Shown here: in pieces, positions 26,331 through 40,935 of the stretch
How positions within the stretch are numbered: the first letter of the stretch is position 1
Layout: every line of letters begins with the position of its first letter
NCBI GenBank assembly: GCA_964016885.1
Contig: OZ024749.1
Span: forward strand, 29,822,001 to 29,886,000
Reading direction: 5' to 3'
DNA length: 64,000 bases
Source of the DNA: Eledone cirrhosa
Taxonomy: Eukaryota
Notes under the pieces: model-generated
Told to the model about the DNA's origin: nothing
Database searches by the model: none
The model's input: the letters and a program-made list of their open reading frames with translations, nothing else
Made by a program: the position numbers and the translations under genes

Positions 26331-27650
26331 CTAAAGAATCAATAATAACAGGTAGACATCATAAAAAGGTAATTTATTTCGTGTGCTTACAACAAAAACT
26401 GTAACTGCCATCTACCTGAAAGATGTCCATTAAAGAATAAATGCCTAAAGTCCAACATTGTTTACCAATGCACGGTTGAATCGAACGACCAGAAATGGTA
26501 TTACATCGGGCCTACCACCACCTCGTTTAAATCTCGCTGGTACCGTCATCGATTCTCAATTAAACATCCTGATCACCGTTTTGTGACTACGCTCGCCGAC
26601 AAGACCTGGCAACTCCGTGAACACAACCAACAGTTCACCTTGAAATGGGATATACTTTCCAGCGCAAGTGCATATCGGAGTGGATTGAAGTACTGTAGGT
26701 TATGTAACCTTCAACTCTTTTACATCTTAAAATCCAAAAATAAACTACTTAACGATAGAATCGAACGATCATTATACTGCAACCACAAACTGAAAGCTAA
26801 ATTCTCTCACTATAAAATAACTTAACATTCGAACCCGTAACTATAACATTGCTTTCTAGCTAACCACTTTCTCTTCCCCCACACTACAAGACAATACCCT
26901 GCTTATCTCTATAAATGGTAACTTAGTGCAATTCGCAGATTACTACTACGAACCCAATGTTCACCCACCCCATAGCTTTCGTTAGCTATCTCTCCCTCTC
27001 TATCCATTCCACTCTCTCTCTCTCCCTCTCTATCCATTCCACTCTCTCTCTCTCCCTAGGCCTACCTCCCTCCCTCTCCACATCTATGAACCTGCCCTCT
27101 GGGGCAATAAATAATTCCAAACTTGACTCTCAACGCATCGCTTAAGGTGGTCGCTTTAAGAATAACCAGTATAATAAAACCCCTACCATAACATTTTGAT
27201 TAAGATATCTACAAACCACTCTCTCCTATTTCTCCAACCCCTGCATATCTTTCTCTCTCTCTTCCTCTCCCATTCTTTTCTCTCTTCCTTTTCTACTCTA
27301 TCTTCCCCAATAGCCTCACTTAAGGGTATTTACATTGTACATTTTAACCATTCTGCTCTGATGATACAGTGGTCACAGCATTTGAAAATTGAGTTTTGCA
27401 AATAGTTATAAATTTGCACATGGCATAACTAGGCTGTATAACCACCGTGGATACATTTGTAAGCACACGGAATAAATTACCTTTTTATGATGTCTACCTG
27501 TTATTATTCATTCTTTATCTACACTCCGGAATACAGAAGGATCAGGAACTAAGTTTCTTCAACAATTCTTCCATAACTCGTTGAGTAACCTCTCACCGTA
27601 CGTCAACTCTATCCAGTATAGTAATTAACCATTACTGCATATAGGATAAT

Positions 27651-27652
<2 letters not shown>
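26331..27652 (+). mobile_element. 5'-truncated Penelope-like retroelement with inverted partial terminal repeat
   Basis: 26332-26392 is the reverse complement of 27457-27517; GIY-YIG ORF end; decayed HHR TGCT-CTGATGA...GATAC-ATTT-GTA-AGCA (~27354-27465); (TA)n flanks. Confidence 0.88.
26400..26825 (+). pseudogene. PLE GIY-YIG endonuclease C-terminal fragment
   Basis: Open frame CNCHLPERCPLKNKCLKSNIVYQCTV...YYIGPTTTSFKSRWYRH...LKWDIL...CRLC...LLNDRIE...CNH. Confidence 0.88.
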
Positions 27653-27710
<58 letters not shown>

Positions 27711-27783
27711 GAGAGAGAAAAGGAAAAATATTGTGAGGAAGGAGAAATCGGAAAAGAACAAAGTGGTAAATATATGCACCTTT

Positions 27784-27863
<80 letters not shown>

Positions 27864-28508
27864 AAGAAAGGGAAAAAGTGTGTGAGGAGGAAGAAAAGAA
27901 AACGAAAAAGAAAAGTTGATAGATTAAGTGTAGGTAAAAAGAAATCAAATGTTATTGATTCTATTAAGTTTTTGTTTTTAAATCAATTGACTTCTTATAT
28001 TGATTTCACAGAAAATATATAAAAAATATATAAAAATATATAAAAATAAAAACAGGGTTGTTTTTTCTAAATTCAAATGTTTACAGTATATTTACTAGTG
28101 GGCAAATGTCGGGAAAATTACTGTATTGGAGTAAAATCTTTATAATTTGACTTGCAGTGGGTTTTCTTTTTTGTACTTCTCAAGAATCTCTTACTAACGA
28201 GGTTTCATATGGTACAGGAAGTTAAGAATTCAGTCGATTGTTTTGTTTTAAAAAAAATGTTTGTTTAATCAAATTAATATAAAGTATGTTGTGAATTTTG
28301 TATTTCGGATTTTTTTTTATATATATATCGATGAAATGATAGCTTGTTTTAAAAGTGAATTATTTTGTGTAAAACATTTGTATAAAGCTCATGGCTGCTT
28401 TTTCTTGTCTGTTCAATTCTAAACACATAAAGTAACGATGATGATGATGATGATGATGATGATGGTGATGATGGTGATGCTGATGTCGATATATATATGT
28501 ATATATTT

Positions 28509-28603
<95 letters not shown>

Positions 28604-28742
28604 AATATATATATTTATATATATATGTATATTTATACACACACACACACACATATATATATACATACACACATACACATACATACACGCACACACACAC
28701 ACACGCACACACACACATATATATATATACATATATATATAT

Positions 28743-29299
28743 CGTTTCTGAATTTGTTTAGCAAGATTCTTTATCTGAAATCGTGTGTTGAAACCGATAT
28801 TGTTATACTTTGGGAGGGTCATGTTGCCAATAAGAAACACACGCACCAGTTGCTTTCACTTCAATTTATTATAATAAATTTATAATAAATTTATAAATTT
28901 ATAAATTTCTGGTTGGTTGGTTAGTTCCACAACCAGATAGTTGTTTATATATAGTCATAGTTCTTTCGTCACACACTCTGTGACCTCTTCAGTGACTGGG
29001 GATTCCTTTCTTTGTTTCTGTGCCTCTCCTTTGTTCTGTCCTACAAAATGGCGTAGGACAGAACAAAGGAGAGGCACAGAAACAAAGAAAGGAATCCCCA
29101 GTCACTGAAGAGGTCACAGAGTGTGTGACGAAAGAACTATGACTATATATAAACAACTATCTGGTTGTGGAACCAACGAACAAACCAGAAATTTATAAAT
29201 TTATAAATTTATTATAAATTTATTATAATAAATTGAAGTGAAAGCAACTGGTGCGTGTGTTTCTTATTGGCAACATGACCCTCCCAAAGTATAACAACA
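28743..29299 (-). mobile_element. PLE-terminus fold-back, family K (same family as 57125-58160)
   Basis: Arms 28797-29044 / 29052-29299, ~55-bp tail, (TA)n flanks, HHR in both arms. Confidence 0.88.
29100..29144 (+). ncRNA. Type I hammerhead, family K (mirror copy 28953-28997 -)
   Basis: AGTCA-CTGAAGA-GGTCACA GAGTG TGTGAC-GAAAG-AA-CTA-TGACT. Confidence 0.88.
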
Positions 29300-29523
29300 T
29301 ATATATATATATATTTATACAGTTGAACATTGCAAACTTGACTGTCACCACAGAATATGAACCTGAAGATTGCGAAAGCATGAAAGTACTTTTTTCAATT
29401 AACACTTAACATTTAATATTCTACCATACTATTTCATTATAATATCATTATAATTTTAAAGGATTGTAAATAAAACGAGTAAATCAGACAAAGTTGGAAT
29501 TCCTTTTATTAATATATTTATAC

Positions 29524-29655
<132 letters not shown>

Positions 29656-30529
29656 GAATACAAGATAATCATAATACTTTCTGTTAACCCCATTTTTTAC
29701 CCCCCCAAAACTATAATTTGTTTTGTGTAAACTAATATCTCTTCCATACCGTGCGAAACCACGAATTCTCCCTAGCGGCTGTCGGTCACTATTGCCCCCT
29801 CCTAAGAAGTATTTTACCCGAATTTCTAAGCTATTATATATAGAGTCTACTCTTCTCACAGTTACTTTCTGTATTTGGGATTTTAACCATTGTGTGTCCC
29901 TCGCGAGATTTGATTTTTAATATGTGAATAGTTATTGAGTGTTGAAGATATTTTTTGTTTAATTTCAACATAGAAACAATATTTCTGTAATCATGTATCA
30001 ATATAGACGTTTCTGAAAAGAAAAAAATAAACAAAAAACAAACACACAGAACAACAAAAGCAACAGCAACAACAATAACAACAAAATCGACAACAATAAA
30101 AAACAACATATTTGTCATAGTTATTTCCCAATCGGCATATTTCAATATAGATTGATTACAAAATGAAATAGTCGAGCTAGAGAAAAGAAGTTGATTTATG
30201 CAAATTATACCAATTATCAGTCTCGATGTCATTGATCCCACATAGTAATTGGTTAAAATATTTGTGTATCCGAGGTTACACTTTGACTTCTTTCTACGGT
30301 AAAAGTATTTATTTAGTATTGGTGTCATATTAACATTTTTTTAAAATTGAACAAAATATCAAATGCTAGCAAAATAACAGCAAGATAACGGTTTAAGAAT
30401 TACTCACTAGTGTGAGATGTTTTTTTTGTCATGGGCAGGAGTTGGACTCAGAACGTAACGACTTGGAAGAATTACCATGAGACATTCTGTTCAACACTAA
30501 CTATTAAGTCACTAAATCGCCCTAACCAA

Positions 30530-30558
30530 GGGTTTCTCATTTAGGCACAAGGCCAGTA

Positions 30559-30594
<36 letters not shown>

Positions 30595-31622
30595 CGGGGG
30601 TGGTGGGTTGGGGGTTGGAGGGTGGTGGTGATAAGTCGATCATATGGGCCCCTATAATATAATTGTTTCTACTTTTGGCACATGGCCAGCAATTATCCAG
30701 TGTATTACTGGTACTTTATTTTATCGATCCCGTAATGATTAAAGGCAAAGTTAACCTCAGCAGAATCTATGATATAATTGTTTCTACTTTTGGCACAAGG
30801 CCAGCAATTATCCCAGTGCATTACTGGTACTTTATTTTATCGACCCCGTAAGGATGAAAGGCAAAGTCAACCTCGGCGGGATTTGAACTCAGATCGTAAA
30901 GGGACGTAACTATGCTGGAAAGCATGGCGTCCGACCCTCCACCGATACTGCCAATCCACCGCCCTAATAATAATAGATAATATGAGGGTTACAGGGAACA
31001 GGTATTGATCCGTATAATTTAATAATAGGATCTATGAGAGTCGATAAAAAAGTACCAGTCATGTACTGGGGTCGATTCCTCCTCTATATCTCTTTCTCAC
31101 TTCCATTCTCTCACTGTCTATATCCTTCTATGGAAAAAAGCTGTTGTATTCAGATCGATGCCAGTCGATACCTCAAATGTACTGGGGTCAATTCTCCCTC
31201 TATATCTCTTTCTCACGTCCCTTTTTATCACTTTCTATATCCTTCTCTGGAAGAAATCTGTTGTGTTCAGACATGGAGTGGAGATTAGCTTCACCAGGTT
31301 TTAAAATACCCTAGAAATGCAATATCTCAATATGACGCCCCTACGACTCCTTCAGGAGTTACGGGTGCCCATACCATATCATACCAGGAAGGTTACAGTT
31401 GAACAATCACTGACCCCTACATATATATAATTGTTTCTACTTTTGGTACAAGGACAGCAATTACCCAGTGCATTACTGGTACTTTATTTTATCGACCGCG
31501 TAAGGATGAAAGGCAAAGTTAACCTCGGCAGGATTTGAAATCAGAACAGAAAAGGGCCGTAACTCTATGCGTCAAAGCATGGCGTCCGACCCTCTACCGA
31601 TACTGCCAATCCACCGCCCTAT
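30530..31622. mobile_element. Cluster of tRNA-derived SINE copies and fragments
   Basis: Repeated aattgtttctact..ggcacaaggccagcaatt...gatttgaactcag...gatactgccaatccacc. Confidence 0.85.
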
Positions 31623-32258
31623 AATATTATAATATGATGTATGACGGCTACAGGGGGACACTCACTGACCCCTATAAAATAATTATAGGTAATATGAAAG
31701 TGACAATGAGCATTCAGTGCCCACTAAAATGTAAGAATAAATAGTATGAAGCTTACAGAGAACATTCATTTTTATAAGAATAAAAACAAGAAGTTTGTGA
31801 AAAAACAACATGGATGTTGGTATGGTTTCATGTATTTCTATATTTGGTTACTGCTATATACATAAAAATATTGGCAGGTAATAAAACAGGAAAGTATTTT
31901 GGTGGAATTGTCTGTTGTTTTTCTCATCTTAGAAATAGGATTTAGTGTCTCAACGGAGTAAATGACGAAGCGTCATTGAGTACTCACATGCATGTATAGT
32001 TCTTTTTTTGTTAAAGAGTTATTTAACGGAAAATGATTGTTGTTGGGTGACATGATATCTTTTTCTTCTTCTTATTCTTCTTCTTCTTCTTCTTCTTCTT
32101 CTTCTTCTTCTTCTTCTTCTTCTTCTTCTTCTTCTTCTTCTTCTTCTTCTTCTTCTGGAAATGCTACCTTATATTAGTGTATAATAAATACCTTTTATTT
32201 ATTTGTATTTCTGTGTAGCCCCTTCTAAAATACTGTTTATATGTTAATAAGTATTTAA

Positions 32259-32479
32259 CCCTTTAGCATTTAAACCGGCTATATCCGGCCAGAATTCCCT
32301 CACCTCTTTCTGTTCAAACCAGCCGTAACCGGCCACTCATATCGATGTTAACATATTGTTCTCAAAATGAATAACATCAAAATCTCATAGATTCGATATT
32401 ATGTGAGATAATTATGCGAGATAAAGTCTTTACCACAAAAATACAATAATAAATATAGAGTAATGTAAAGGCTAAAGGG
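32259..32479. mobile_element. piggyBac-like MITE
   Basis: TTAA-CCCTTTAGC ... GCTAAAGGG-TTAA. Confidence 0.85.
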
Positions 32480-32630
32480 TTAAATAATATAGAAAAGGGG
32501 TCAAACTTCAGATTGAAGAAGGGAACTGTGTATGTGTGTCAGTTGGATTTTTTTTCATTGCAGGGAGCAACACATGGGAAGAGAGAGGCGGGATTTGAAC
32601 ACAGAACTCACATAGCCATATTGGGCACAG

Positions 32631-32749
32631 CAAAGCAACATTGTCTGGCTCTTTAAATTATCCACCAATCCTCGGATTGGTGGATAATTTAAAGAGCCAG
32701 ACAATCCTCGGATTGGTGGATAATTTAAAGAGCCAGACAATGTTGCTTT
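32631..32749. repeat. Near-perfect hairpin with a tandem duplication of the 36-bp right arm
   Basis: attgtctggctctttaaattatccaccaatcc-tc-ggattggtggataatttaaagagccagacaat, with the right part repeated. Confidence 0.9.
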
Positions 32750-34128
32750 GGACTGATACATTTTTTTCTTGACCCTCGTATGAATGAGAGGGAAATTTGT
32801 CCTCGGTGATATTTGAAGCCAGAGCGCAGCGATCCGGAACAAATACCGAAGGATTTAATCCACTACTATAATGATCTGCCAATTTGCTGCCTAAATATAT
32901 GAATAATATGAAAATACCCCAAGCCTGCTTATAAAACAAAATGGTGGTTAATTTGTCGTAGTAATAGTCGTTACATTTTAAATATCCTAGGTAGAGTGGA
33001 TTTAATAAAAAATATTAATAGGAATTATAGAAAGAATTCATGTGCTTGTGAGTTAACGGATATTTGTGAGCTAGCTTGGAAACTGGTAAAAGAAAGAAAA
33101 GTTAAAGGTCTTCTTTCTCTCCCTTTAAAGACTGTTCTCATTAATATTTCATTTTCACGGTTCCCTAATCTTCTAAATATCTTGGCACATTTTATGACAT
33201 CCATCGCTCATTGTTTATTTCCCTTAAAAAACCTCCCTCAAAATCCCTTTAGCAATAAAGAAACAAAGCAAGCGAAAATCCCGAAGCCGCCATCCTTACC
33301 TTGAAGACCCCATCAGAGATTGGCAGCATTCAACAAAACTTCTTTTATTTCTTAGTGGCCACTAAATCAAATCCATACGATGAGAACAATAGCCAATTTC
33401 TGCAAAACCTTTACTAACACCAAAATAATTCCAATCTCATTATTTGCTAATATTCTTACATAATTACATTCTAATAATATTACGTAACTAAGAGCAACTA
33501 AAACCATAAAGCTATATCCTTAATCTGTTACATTTTTTCATTATTTTCATGTTTTTATACTTAAATAAATAAATCGAAGCTAATAATTCAGCGTACCATT
33601 CTTTCGGTCTATTATTGTAATTCTGACTTCCATTAACGATTTAATTAGATTTCTTCAGTACATTCAATTGCTTCTATATTTTCTTTATATATATAAAGAA
33701 CATCAACAACATTGTCTTTAGTATGAATAAATAAGGTAAATAAGATGAACATTTATTACTTGGGAAACAACATCAAATATTATATATATATATATATATA
33801 TCACAGAAAAAAAAGAGAATCAGTGTTGCGACGAATGGAATTTATTGGGTATATTACAATCGTTTCTCTGGTGACCAGCTCGATTAGGAAAATCTGCTTA
33901 GTAGAATCAAGACGTATCTCAGGACCTTGCGATTTTCAGAGCCAGGTTCGACCATGACATCGATCGTGCCTCGAGCTGGTCGCCAGAGAAACGATTGTAA
34001 TATGTCCAATAAATTCCATTCGTCGCAACACTGATTCTCTTTTTTTCTGTGATATCATACTCTGCTCTATGATAGCACCGAGTGCTCAAACGGCCTACCG
34101 CATACGGACGCTTTAAGCATCCAACACC

Positions 34129-34159
<31 letters not shown>

Positions 34160-34171
34160 CTTACACACACA

Positions 34172-34236
<65 letters not shown>

Positions 34237-34334
34237 GTATGTATTTATATATATATAAATATATATATATTTATATATATATATATTTATATATATTTAT
34301 ATATATATATATAAATACATATATATATATATAT

Positions 34335-36680
34335 AGTATTAAGGGTACTATTTATGGTTATGTATGCAATAAAACCTTTAATGGTAATATATTATATATA
34401 CAAACCCTAAATAGTGAGAGATAGTCATTAATTACTATCCTATTACCAGTAAGATAAATAGCTCAATGTAATAACATCAGTTGTTTTACAGAGCAGTTAT
34501 ATAGAGATTACAATAATCAAAGTTCAGTTTAAGTCATTTATTTGCTTACAATTGTTTCCTCCAAACCGAGGTTTGGATTCTTCGGAGCAACTATTTACTG
34601 ATCTATAACATACTTGACCTCCTTTTCAACCCAAGAGACACATAAAACATATGCGCATATTGATCAACATTGGGGTGACATTCATCAAATGATATAGCAT
34701 GGCAATTTACATATAAAGGTTACAGGATAAAAATAAAATAAAAACAAGAATGAAAATAAAGATAAACATGAAGCGTTGGCAGTCTATGAAGATAAAGCAA
34801 GGGGAAAGTTTAGAGTAGTCAGTGTATGAAAAAATCTCCCGTGTAGCATGCACGCGTGTCTTATTTATACATGATTAGAGTGCGTCAGAATGATATTTGC
34901 AGGGTCAGGCAGTTGAAGCAGGCAATCGATCTTATTATGTGGGCTGAATTATTAAGTCATTTATTCTCATACATCTGTATGATATACAGTCTCGGATGCG
35001 GGGAAACACCAAAATATCAAAAACTTTCAACATACTATAAACCTTATTGTATCGTAGGCAAGGCCGTACCACTGTCCTTGCTCACACCACCACTCACATA
35101 ATCCATGAGACGCAATATATATAGAGAACACGCGTCTATCGTATAATTCGCGGTGGTTCAGCATATAGTCAAGCTATAAACCGTATCCAGTCGGTTCTTA
35201 ATTAATAGATCATGCTGTCCAGATTCCGGAAGTGCCTGAATGACTAAGGGGAATTAATGCGTAAGGGGAGGTAACTAGCTAGTTATCTTAGTTACATTAC
35301 TATCCTAAACTACATTAATGGTGATTCAAATACGTGCCTATCATATGAAGTTATAACTAATATCTAGAGTATGTTACCCATTTATAGGTTAGAGAGTTGT
35401 CCATTAAGAAGTACAAGGGTGTATATATTAGGATGATTACCATCCATTAAGAGGTGTCATATCTGAACGTTCTATAAGAGGAGTCGGACTCTCAAGTCAC
35501 TGTTCCATGCAAATGTAATATAACAGTAGGACCTGGTATGGTCCCACTATTATATATGCCACCCGGTAGGCTCCGGGTCATTGCATGCCTGAATCTCCAG
35601 TAAATCTTCGGTATGGTCCGGAGATCCAATCTCTCATATAAAGGCACTAGTCTGGCCATCAAGCGATAGACAACCCCGTCTCAAATATAAATCAATTATG
35701 TATCACATCTACAAGCTAGAGTGGAGTCTATTAATAGGTACTAAAGGAGTTCACATCAAGATGATTACGTGCATAATTCATTGAACTGATCGTTTACAGT
35801 ATATATTCACGTAACAATACGATTATCCATCTAATCGTCAATCTATCTCTTGGTGGGAATCCATGCACAGGACTATGCTATCGCAACCAGTACCGTGTCC
35901 CCAATTTATACTAATCTTATATTTGTGCAATGCAGAATAAGTAGTCCACGGTCGAGATATCAGTATTAGAGGTACAAGGGGGTATTCCCAGGGTACTAAA
36001 ATGCTGTCAGTATTATCTTTAGAGTATAGGGATGGGTGTGGATGTGAGGTGTAAGGTGTGCTACTGATGTTAATTGCTAGGGGTGGTGCCGGTTCCAGTC
36101 TGACATTATTATATATAGGGTTTAAAGTTTTGGAACGAGTGTCGGAAGCGGTGTTGGCAATTTGCGAACACTTCTGATTTTTTATTAAGGAGATTATGTT
36201 TAGAGAAGATGATAGTATGGGTCTCTCTTAATAATTCAGCCCACATAATAAGATCGATTGCCTGCTTCAACTGCCTGACCCTGCAAATATCATTCTGACG
36301 CACTCTAATCATGTATAAATAAGACACGCGTGCATGCTACACGGGAGATTGTTTCATACACTGACTACTCTAAACTTTCCTCTTGCTTTATCTTCATAGA
36401 CTGCCAATGCTTCATGTTTATATTTATTTTCATTCTTGTTTTTATTTTATTTTTATCCTGTAACCTTTATATGTAAATTGCCATGCTATATCATTTGATG
36501 AATGTCACCCCAATGTTGATCAATATGCGCATATGTTTTATGTGTCTCGGGTTGAAAAGGAGGTCAAGTATGTTATAGATCAGTAAATAGTTGCTCCGAA
36601 GAATCCAAACCTCGGTTTGGAGGAAACAATTGTAAGCAAATAAATGACTTAAACTGAACTTTGATTATTGTAATCTCTCT
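34335..36680 (-). mobile_element. 5'-truncated PLE (family L) with long 3'UTR and ~450-bp inverted terminal repeat
   Basis: 34505-34955 is inverted at 36228-36680; minus-strand ORF end ETHTIIFSKHNLLNKKSEVFANCQH (36115-36230) resembles the end of the 26400-26825 ORF; HHR in both repeats. Confidence 0.82.
36591..36639 (+). ncRNA. Type I hammerhead with U4C core variant (mirror copy 34542-34590 -)
   Basis: TTGCT-CCGAAGA-ATCCAAACC TC GGTTTGGAG-GAAAC-AATT-GTA-AGCAA. Confidence 0.75.
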
Positions 36681-36820
36681 CTATATATATATACACAGAA
36701 AAGAAATTGAAAATGCAATTGGAGTTTCAAAGCTTAAGTGAGGGGAAGAGATCTGGGGTTATGTAGACTTGTAACTCGCACACTAACACACATACACACA
36801 CACACACACACACAAACACA

Positions 36821-36895
<75 letters not shown>

Positions 36896-36914
36896 ACACA
36901 GACACAGACACACA

Positions 36915-37049
<135 letters not shown>

Positions 37050-37667
37050 TCACACACACACACTAATATATATATATGTTGTTAACGTTCGGGAGAAAAG
37101 TATTCTCAATGAAGTAGAGTTTTAAATATTTAATTATTTCATTAAGGTTAAATAGCGAGTTTTGTTACTCTCGAGTTTCATCTGCTTCTCACAGGACCAT
37201 CAGGCAAGAACTACACATTCTTCTATCATTCTGTGAGCAGGCGAAACTCCAGAATAACTATTTAGACTTATGAAAAAAAAAATATATATATATAAGTTCT
37301 ATTTAAATTGTTGGGATACAACAAGCAAATATTTTTATAACTGATATAAAGCACTCAACAAATAATTGGAGTAAAAATACGATATTAACAAATGGAAACT
37401 ATATTTATAAAACCATATTTATTTCATTATACATATTTCAAGGACACCAAGTTAAATTATGGTGTGCTTTCATCAGATAGAATATAATATAGAGCAGTTT
37501 TATAAATAAATAAATATTGACATACCCTTAAAGAATGCAACCATTACTGTTGGAAGCTCACGGATAGTGGGGTTATAACTTTATTTATACTATTATGTAA
37601 ATTAGTATTGGATATTTTTAAATAAACCGTTGGGTTACGGAGAAAGAGAAAGAGAGAGAAAGAGAAG

Positions 37668-37759
<92 letters not shown>

Positions 37760-37798
37760 TTCTACCCGCTGAAATGCGATTCTCGCTGAATTTATACT

Positions 37799-37826
<28 letters not shown>

Positions 37827-37830
<4 letters not shown>

Positions 37831-38151
37831 AATTAAAATGAAGAATTAGAAATATGACAATCCATCAGCAGTGATCTACTAGCCATCATAGGTATTTCTT
37901 CGCATTAAAGACCAGATACGTCGCCTCACCATTCATGTGTATTTACCTGTTTCTCTTTCTCCACCCACTTCGTTTTATCGCAATAACTTATTTTAGTTAT
38001 TGTTCGCGCTAGACTGACGTATCTGGTCTTTAATGCGAAGAAATGCCTATGATGGATAGTAGATGACTGATGATGGATAGTCCTATTTCTAATTCTTCAT
38101 TTTAATTTGTATATGACATTTGCAACAACACATCACACCATTTTTCATTCC
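37827..38151 (+). mobile_element. Fold-back element, family D
   Basis: Arms 37827-37922 / 38016-38113, ~38-bp tail, (TA)n flanks. Confidence 0.75.
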
Positions 38152-38156
38152 TATAT

Positions 38157-38252
<96 letters not shown>

Positions 38253-38318
38253 GTGTGTGTGTGTGTATGTGTGTGTGTGTGTAACTATGTTAGTTAGGTG
38301 TGTGAATGTATATATGTG

Positions 38319-38356
<38 letters not shown>

Positions 38357-38930
38357 CTTTTATATATATTTAACTATATATATATATATATATATATACG
38401 CACAGATTCATGGATTCACAGACACACACGTACATAGACATACACTTACACACACATGCACACCTGTGGCTTTACAACACATTTCATCTTTTTACTCATT
38501 TTTTTTCTAAATCCTGTAGGCTCTTTTTCTTTTCAGTTATCCCCTTAGAGATTGAATAAATCATCACCAGTAATGTAGTCGTGACAAAGCCAGCGATTGA
38601 ATACTTATGCTTCGATTTTTCCAGTCTTATTCTTAACGTAGAAATTCAATTCTAGATTTCCTTTCATTTTTTCACGTGTTACAATGCAGTATATTAAAAT
38701 AAGAAACCTATATTTAGATGTAACAAAGATAGAGTGTAGCTCTTTGCAACGAACATCTTACTGTAAAGTATAATAAATTTGGCCATGATATAATGCGGTC
38801 CTTTTCTCTTTGTCTCTCTATTTCTCTTTCTCCCTTTCTTATACACACACACACACACATACACACGCACACACACACACACACACATACACACGCACAC
38901 ACACACACAATCATACACACACACACACAT

Positions 38931-39006
<76 letters not shown>

Positions 39007-39137
39007 ATATATATATATACATTGTTGGCAGCTGAGAGATTGAGAAAATATAATCTGAGATGCTTTAATATATAATATAATATAATATAATATATATATA
39101 CATACATACATACACACATATATATATATATACATAC

Positions 39138-39244
<107 letters not shown>

Positions 39245-39619
39245 TACATATATATATATACATACATATATATATATATATATATACATATATACATATA
39301 TATATATACACACATATAAATATACATATATTTATACACACACACACACCGACACACCCACATATATATATATATATTATATATATTAAAGCATATCAGA
39401 TTATGTTTTCTCAATCTCTCGGCTGCCAACAATGTATCAATGTCGTTCGACATTGATAAGACTTTTAGTTTACTCTGTAAATTATGGGAGATCTTTCCAC
39501 TTTCCCTGTATTATTTGCTAAACACACTGCTTTTATGTGTGTTTCGTTAATAACATTGGATAAAAGCTTTTCAAAATCTAGCTTTATTGAAGTTAGCATT
39601 CATTTTTTCCCCCTCTTTC

Positions 39620-40465
39620 ATTCATTCATTTTTCTTTTCATACATCCTCTCCTTCATTCATTCATTCATTCATTCATTCATTCATTCATTCATTCATTCA
39701 TTCATTCATTCAGTCATTCATTCATTCATTTACTCAAGCAGCCGTTCGACCATTCACTGAAGCAGCCATCCATCTATTCATCTCTCCATTAGTTTCTTGA
39801 ACAATTCATTTTACTGTCCGACAAACCACCCAACCATCCATCCACCCCATGATCTATTCAACCATCCAACCAACCATTTCTTCATCCATTCAAACATCCA
39901 ACTATCCATCCATCCGCCCAACCAGTCATTTATCCATTTATTCATCTATCCATCCATCCACATAACCATCTATTCAAACATCCATCCGGCCATCAAACAA
40001 TCCAACCATCCATCCATCGAATCATTTATCCATCCATCGAAATATCTACCCATCTAACCGTCTAACCAACCATCATCCATCGCCCCATCTAACCATCCAC
40101 TCATACATCCAAGCAATCTACCATCCATCCAATAATCCACGCCAGTATCTAACCATCCTTCCATCGTCTCTATTTATTCCTCCAACTATTCAATCACCCA
40201 ACCAACCAACCAACCACACACCCAACTACCCAATCTCCCAACCACACACCAAACCAACCAACCAACCAGCCAACCAACCAATCAACCAGCCAATCAACCA
40301 ACCAGCCAGCCAACCAACCAATTAACAAACCAACGAACTAACCAACCAACCAACCAACCAACTAACCAACCCTTCAACCAACCACACACAAAATCAACTA
40401 ACCAACCAACCAATCAACCCACCAACCGACCAACCAATGAACCAGCCAACCAGCCAACCAGCCAT
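39620..40465. repeat. (CATT)n / (CATC)n / (CAAC)n tetranucleotide region
   Basis: Direct reading. Confidence 0.9.
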
Positions 40466-40829
40466 GTCATAATATTTATCCAAACTGCCAGTTCATTCAT
40501 TCATTTTCTTGCTTATCGCAATCACTCTTCCATTTCCCCTTCATCATCCTTTTCTCCATGTTTACCCTGTCATGTAACCCGTAAAGATGAATAGCTTTGA
40601 ATGGAGAATCAATCGACTAGATCCAAGACTTCATTCACTTACCGAATGAGGTAAAGCTCATCAAATTGGACCTGGGAAACAATGTTTCCGTTGGTCATTC
40701 CATTGCTGCTACTATCAGTGGTGGAACTCGTCAAATCGGACCAAGGAAACAATGTTTCCATTGGTCTTTCCAATTGCTGATACTGTCTACAGGTCGCACT
40801 TCTTGGCAGAAGAAAGAAACAACGTCAAG

Positions 40830-40935
40830 TAAAGTGTCTTGTTTGCTCAAGGACATAATGCATGACCCGGTTCGGGAATCGAACTCACAACCTTATGATT
40901 GCGAATCCAATTCTCTAACCACTAAGCCACGTACC
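40830..40935 (-). mobile_element. Second tRNA-derived SINE family (CORE/V-like)
   Basis: Minus strand A box TGGCTTAGTGG, B box GTTCGATTCC, then GTCCTTGAGCAA..GACACTT. Confidence 0.7.

Noticed and set aside
33300-33399. Minus-strand exon-like segment (ttttgcag ... AAG|gtaagg)
   Set aside because: Stops in all three frames; no support beyond splice-like motifs
34956-36115. Reversed or complement-only hidden coding sequence
   Set aside because: Reading the reversed strand by eye gave no recognisable protein; position is explained as the PLE 3'UTR
37160-37260. Decayed hammerhead/fold-back (minus strand CTGATGG...GAAACTCGAGAGTA)
   Set aside because: Core mutated and arms too diverged to call confidently
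37990-38085. Hammerhead in family D (CTGACGT..GAAA..CTGATGA)
   Set aside because: Could not build consistent stems I-III in either copy
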